Shown in pieces: positions 59,441 through 64,000 of a stretch of 64,000 nt of DNA. The position numbers and the translations under genes were made by a program. Location of the stretch: the NCBI GenBank assembly GCA_965140585.1, contig OZ223264.1, positions 256,001-320,000 of the forward strand, read 5' to 3'. The notes under the pieces were generated by a model, which ran no database searches, was not told the origin of the DNA, and worked only from the letters and a program-made list of their open reading frames with translations. Source of the stretch: Spirochaetia bacterium. Its GTDB lineage: Bacteria > Spirochaetota > Spirochaetia > UBA9216. Within the stretch, counting starts at the first letter, position 1, and each line of letters begins with the position of its first letter.

Positions 59441-59659
59441 GAGGAAAGGTTCTCAGATAGGGGTTAAGGTGCAATACCTTAATAAGAATGTCTTTAGACA
59501 TTCTTCCGGCACAAATACAATGGCGGAACCGTCCCGGATTCAAATCTGGTCCCTATTTAAGGCCGCCGAGCGGCTGCTGTGAACGGTTGTTGTTCAATTG
59601 TCTGAAGTTTATTATCAAACTTCTGCACCGTATATAACTAATACAGGAGGAAATTGTAA

Positions 59660-59896
59660 TTATTTTCCTTCCTTAAGTTTTGAAATTATAAGGTCATAAT
59701 TCTCAGGAATGTGGGGTTTGATGCAGTTTGTGCAGTCCTTGATTCCCCTGTCTGTTAGCTTGTAATTACCGCCGCAGTCTTTAATAAGGTAAAGTGGGCA
59801 GAAACAGAAGAGGCAGTTCATCTCTTCTATTCCCTTGTGGCATGGGTAGTATTTGCAATCCTTATTCGCAAAAAATTTATAGCTGTTGTCTGTCAT
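59660..59896 (-). CDS. Cysteine-rich small domain protein (cobalamin-locus associated)
   Basis: 'FFANKDCKYYPCH...NCLFCFCPLY...KDCTNCIKPH'. Confidence 0.85.
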   Translation of the reverse strand: MTDNSYKFFANKDCKYYPCHKGIEEMNCLFCFCPLYLIKDCGGNYKLTDRGIKDCTNCIKPHIPENYDLIISKLKEGK

Positions 59897-60021
59897 ACCT
59901 CATACCCTCTTGGTGTAATAAACCAGTTTCCTTTTATCGGGCTGCTGGAGTTCCAGAAGATTACAAGCGATGTCATTCCGATATCATCAAAAAAAGACTT
60001 AAATTCGGAAGGCCTGCATAG
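59893..60021 (-). pseudogene. cbiH: 3' remnant of precorrin-3B C17-methyltransferase (cbiH/cobJ)
   Basis: Hand translation 'DDIGMTSLVIFWNSSSPIKGNWFITPRGYEV*'; ATGA overlap with the Cys-rich gene. Confidence 0.7.
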
Positions 60022-60812
60022 TCAAGACGATTCTTTACAGAATCTTTAATTAGATCCCCTAAGCTCTTTAATAACATAATCAGGTCATATTGTAAGCTTC
60101 TTCTACTTTTTAATTTTTTAAAACATTTATTCAGCCATTTTAAAATAGTAATACTATTATTGTCTGTTTTTAAATTCAACAATACATGGTTTTTTGTAAA
60201 TATTGATATGCTGTTAAAATCATAAAAAGATATACTATATCTGTTATGGTTAAATAGTAAGAATATATATAGCTGTAGGTATCTATTTTTATATAACCCT
60301 GGCTTATTGATTTTGATTCTTTGAGTCATTTCTGTTTCTTTGCTCATTGAGTATTGGACGGTTCTTTCGTAGTTAAAATGTTCAAGCAATCTATCTATAC
60401 CCAAACTTTTACGTTGGGATCTATGTTTTTTAATTTCAATAATTCTTAAACTGATCTTTAGTCTTTTCTCTATAAATTTTAATTCATATGAAGAGTGTCG
60501 TTCTGGACTTGAAATATTTAATATGAGTCGAAGAATCATGAATACTAAGAAAATACCATTCACAATATATAGACTAAGGAAACCTAATGAATAGAAGTAA
60601 CATGGATAGGGGATAATAAATGTCATCCAAAGTAAGAAAGTAGTAATCAATAAATCTATGATTTTAGATATACTGATGTAGATACCCTTGCTGACTTTGT
60701 TTTTAAAATTAGCTAGCGTAATACTATAATTCCTGAAGAGGAAACTGAGATAAATTATTAAAAGAAATATAAAAGATTTCAGTATTATTCTATTTAATAA
60801 TGATTTCATCAC
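59973..60812 (-). CDS. Low-GC hypothetical membrane protein
   Basis: AT-rich ORF with about 3 TM helices; C-terminus runs into the cbiH remnant. Confidence 0.55.
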   Translation of the reverse strand: MMKSLLNRIILKSFIFLLIIYLSFLFRNYSITLANFKNKVSKGIYISISKIIDLLITTFLLWMTFIIPYPCYFYSLGFLSLYIVNGIFLVFMILRLILNISSPERHSSYELKFIEKRLKISLRIIEIKKHRSQRKSLGIDRLLEHFNYERTVQYSMSKETEMTQRIKINKPGLYKNRYLQLYIFLLFNHNRYSISFYDFNSISIFTKNHVLLNLKTDNNSITILKWLNKCFKKLKSRRSLQYDLIMLLKSLGDLIKDSVKNRLDYAGLPNLSLFLMISE

Positions 60813-60857
60813 TTCTCCATTTACTTCTCTGAATATTGAAATCCTTCCACATTACCG

Positions 60858-61439
60858 CTATTCATCCAGAAGAGAATGCGCTTCTTTAACTAACGCACTT
60901 CGTTCTTCTCCCGGAGGAGTTATTAGCAATTCATGATTGATTTCTATATGGCGCTTTAGAACTTTCTGAAATGAATCCGAGAAGTATTGCTCCTCAATCC
61001 AAGTCTTATCTTCAGTAGTGATAGCTTCAATAATTTCTGCTGGTACCCATTCAAGATATTCAGGATCTTCATCTGAACATGAATGCCACATATCGGCTTT
61101 TGCCATTCTACCGCCAAGAATATGGGGGAGTAAATATATATTAGAGAGCATTGTTTCTGCCAGTTTACGCTCTCCATCCTTTCCCCCTCTATGTAATATA
61201 AACGCCCAGCAGAGAAGTTGAGTTGGTTCATTGGCATCATCCGGGAATTCTTTCTCAAACCAGCGGATGTACTCAGAAGACCGGCGGTTATCACCCAGAA
61301 GGAAGTAGAGGTAGAATAGATAGTACCTGGCACCGCTTCCGTCATCTATGAAACCATATTCTCGTTTGAAGGATGAGAGCTGGGAGCGGATCTTGGTGAT
61401 TCTGGATGATAGGCCTTTCGGTGTTTTGGGGATGGTCAA
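60858..61439 (-). CDS. Hypothetical protein
   Basis: 193-aa ORF with AAGGAG RBS and TTG start. Confidence 0.7.
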   Translation of the reverse strand: MTIPKTPKGLSSRITKIRSQLSSFKREYGFIDDGSGARYYLFYLYFLLGDNRRSSEYIRWFEKEFPDDANEPTQLLCWAFILHRGGKDGERKLAETMLSNIYLLPHILGGRMAKADMWHSCSDEDPEYLEWVPAEIIEAITTEDKTWIEEQYFSDSFQKVLKRHIEINHELLITPPGEERSALVKEAHSLLDE

Positions 61440-61759
61440 ACAAGCTCCTTATTTTTAATATGGAAATATTACCACATTACTGCTCTGTAGGGAGTTAGTT
61501 TTAAGATTTTTTCTATCACATACGATAAGGATTATATTGATTATGAGCAGGGAGAGCTGTTCTTCCTGCTTTAACTGGTTACTCAACATCTTTAAGATAG
61601 GCTGTTTTAAGACATTATCCATCGATACGACAATTGTTGTTGCGTAGAAAGGGAAGAGGTTGATTCCATCTTCTTTCGCGGTACTGCAGGCATCAAAGTC
61701 GATAATCACTTTTCTGGCTCCATCATCTATAGATTCAGTTCCATATCGACGAGCGAGCT

Positions 61760-62412
61760 CAATAGTTTCTCGAAAGATTAAACATGGACAGCTACAGAAT
61801 TACATTATGCCAGAGTTTAGAAACACTCCTCTTAATGAGATTACACCAGTTCATTTTGAAGACTGGCGGTTGTCATTAAACATCTCCAACTCAACCCAAA
61901 ACGGAATTACCATTGTAATGAAGCAAATTCTTAATGAAGCTGTCCGTGTAGGTGAAATCCCTCTCAGTCCTTTGCAGAAGGTTGAATCTCTTAATAAGAA
62001 GCCTAAAAAACCACGTGATTAATTATCTGTAGCTGAAATAGCGAAACTTTTCCCCATAAAACTTGAAGATGCATTGGCGATATGGGATGAGCAGAGATAT
62101 CTTACTCTCATGTTCATGATGGTCTCATCCGGTATGCGTTCAGGGGAGTTAAGGGCTTTAAAATGGGGTGATGTTCTTTGGGAGGATAGAGGAATACTCA
62201 TTACCAAAGCTGTTAAAAACTCAGGTGAGATTGGTTCTGTCAAAGAGCAAAAAGAAAAAACTATTCGAGTACCTGAGAGGACAATAGAGTATTTAAGATT
62301 ATAGAAAGATGTGTCAAAAGCTTAGGATGATATAGACCATATCTTTTATGGCCAATATACTCAACGACCGATTGATAGAGGAACCATCCTCGATCTCTTC
62401 AGAAAGGGTTCT
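61760..62412 (+). pseudogene. Tyrosine recombinase/integrase remnant
   Basis: 'SGMRSGELRALKWGDV' box I; in-frame stops at 62020 and 62302; C-terminal HxxR/Tyr absent; ends approximate. Confidence 0.8.
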
Positions 62413-62829
62413 TCACAGCCATGGATTTAAAATCTGGATGGGAATGAAGTCAAAGTCTTTTGTATTTCTTGTGACAAGAATTGCGCCATGAATATATGCA
62501 GTTGCGGCAATCAACCCGTCTAAGGCAGGGAGGGCTATTCCTTTTTTTGAAACTGAAGCAGTTAACTCGCCCCATTTTAGAGCGATATTTGATTCGATAG
62601 GAAAAGTTTGATATTTGAAGGATTCTTCTACCTTGTTTAGCCACGTGATTAAGTCGTTTTTTCTTTTCCCTTCATCAAGTTTGTTTATTCCGCAATTTAT
62701 TTCACCCAGAGTAATTGAGGATATAAAGAGATGTTCTTCTGAGACAGAAGAGAACCAATCAAGGACCTGAATAGATGGGGAGGGTTTTCTTAACTCGGAA
62801 AGGACGTTTGTGTCAAGAAGGAACTTCAT
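62413..62829 (-). CDS. vapC: VapC PIN-domain toxin
   Basis: 'LLDTNVLSE'; 'DGLIAATA'; 'LVTRNTKDF'. Confidence 0.93.
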   Translation of the reverse strand: MKFLLDTNVLSELRKPSPSIQVLDWFSSVSEEHLFISSITLGEINCGINKLDEGKRKNDLITWLNKVEESFKYQTFPIESNIALKWGELTASVSKKGIALPALDGLIAATAYIHGAILVTRNTKDFDFIPIQILNPWL

Positions 62830-63068
62830 AATTCTATATCTCTCGGTAGATCTGAAGCCCGCTCAATATTGAGTTCGACATGTTTGTGTGGACTGGATAG
62901 TAGAACCTCCAGTATGGATTGTTTGTGCTCTCTTTCGTATGTTGCGGCTGAAACAATGTAAGCTATTGGTTTTCCGCTTCTGGTAATAAGCTGTGGAGAT
63001 TCACTTACTGCAAGGTTTATAACCTCGCTTAGTTTGCTTTTTGCTTCCTGCAGCTGCCAGGTTTTCAT
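62826..63068 (-). CDS. Phd/YefM family antitoxin
   Basis: 'WQLQEAKSKLSEVI...PQLITRSG'; ATG 63068 after GGAGG; overlaps vapC. Confidence 0.9.
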   Translation of the reverse strand: MKTWQLQEAKSKLSEVINLAVSESPQLITRSGKPIAYIVSAATYEREHKQSILEVLLSSPHKHVELNIERASDLPRDIEL

Positions 63069-63087
63069 GTCATCCTCCATTGGGAAA

Positions 63088-63104
63088 AACTAGTCTGACT
63101 AGTT
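63088..63104. promoter_or_regulatory. TA operator palindrome
   Basis: AACTAGTC-T-GACTAGTT directly upstream of the antitoxin. Confidence 0.65.
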
Positions 63105-63153
63105 AGAGTATACGTTGCTTATTAAAATAATTCAAGTGTGACTTTTTCTTAAA

Positions 63154-63183
63154 AATCGTACGGATTTATAAATCCGTACGATT
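63154..63183. repeat. Perfect 30-bp palindrome
   Basis: AATCGTACGGATTTATAAATCCGTACGATT. Confidence 0.9.
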
Positions 63184-63374
63184 AATTTCCGGGTTGACAT
63201 TAAATTTCCAGTAATGGTAAAAGTATTGGAGAAAAATAGGAAAAAACTATCTATCGTTTATTTGTGGTTATAATTATGCTCTGGACAGCGATGTTGTCGG
63301 AGAAATATCTGATGACAGGATAGTTTTAATAGTTTCTTATGACACTGTAATAACTTCATTGAAAGCAACTTTTT

Positions 63375-63501
63375 TGACAACAGGAGAAAAGGTTGTTGCT
63401 GGGTGGACAGATTAAAAGTTTCGGTGATACATCAAGAATATCATAAAGAAACACAAAATATTTATTGAGTCTATTTCAAACAGAATATAGTCTTGTATCA
63501 T
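63375..63501 (-). pseudogene. N-terminal remnant of a membrane sensor protein
   Basis: 'MIQDYILFEIDSINILCFFMIFLMYHRNF' resembles the start of the 35126 GGDEF protein; frameshifted near 63415. Confidence 0.45.
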
Positions 63502-64000
63502 GGGTAAATCTCTCATGATACAGGGCACCACATCAGACGCAGGCAAATCATTTCTTGTTGCGGCGCTTTGCCGAATTTTTGCCCGCCGCGGTGTGGATGT
63601 ATTTCCCTTTAAAAGCCAGAACATGGCTCTTAATTCCTTTGCTACGGCCGATGGTCATGAGATTGGCCGTGCTCAGGCTGTTCAGGCGGCAGCCTCATAT
63701 AAAGAGCCTTCGGTTCTGATGAACCCAGTGCTGCTAAAACCACAGTCTCATGGAGAATCCCAGGTTGTGCTTATGGGCAGGCCATGGAAGGTTCTGAAAG
63801 CCGGTGATTACTATGCGGCAAAGACTGTACTTTGGAACGAAGTCTCTTCGGTTATCGATCAAATATCATCCGCACACGATCTTTTAATTGCCGAAGGTGC
63901 GGGAAGTCCTGCCGAGATTAACCTGAAGCAGGATGAAATTGTTAACATGAGGGTAGCAGCATATCTTGATGCACCTGTTCTGCTTGCCGCAGATATTGAT
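63500..64000 (+). CDS. cobQ: Cobyric acid synthase, runs off window (not in ORF track)
   Basis: 'MIQGTTSDAGKS...PFKSQNMALNS...MNPVLLKP...EGAGSPAEINL'. Confidence 0.95.
   Translation, partial: MGKSLMIQGTTSDAGKSFLVAALCRIFARRGVDVFPFKSQNMALNSFATADGHEIGRAQAVQAAASYKEPSVLMNPVLLKPQSHGESQVVLMGRPWKVLKAGDYYAAKTVLWNEVSSVIDQISSAHDLLIAEGAGSPAEINLKQDEIVNMRVAAYLDAPVLLAADID

Noticed and set aside
59455-59560. tRNA-like cloverleaf (CCGGATTCAAATCTGG resembles a T-arm)
   Set aside because: It has no 7-nt anticodon loop, no GTTC and no canonical D-arm; kept only as an unassigned structured leader.
63412-63624. 70-aa minus-strand ORF as a full gene
   Set aside because: Its first 41 codons are antisense to cobQ; only the part from ATG 63501 looks like a gene remnant.

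Overview
Bacterial chromosomal window, probably from a free-living spirochaete. This is inferred from the 'FATGAQEA'-type signal peptide, the short ParE/ParC pair and the many small lipoproteins. Most of it is ordinary signalling, transport, redox and housekeeping DNA: a sigma-54 two-component locus, a YtrA-SPFH-LolCDE-like operon, gpx/ohrR, nfo, parEC, cidA/lrgB, ilvBN, an ErcA/ErcS-like pair and cobQ. No rRNA, tRNA or CRISPR array was recognised. Four things stand out. (1) An ECF sigma / membrane anti-sigma / exported caspase-family protease operon (43326-47032) that looks like a protease-triggered envelope signalling cascade. (2) A 41-codon Val/Leu/Ile-rich leader peptide plus terminator upstream of ilvB, absent from the ORF track. 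(3) A rearranged cobalamin locus: a half riboswitch, an unexplained hairpin-rich leader, and an apparent 3.84-kb inversion whose two breakpoints both fall on the AT of start codons. (4) A tract of internally deleted, fused and frameshifted gene remnants at about 29.4-38.2 kb. All calls come from reading motifs by eye; no database searches were run.
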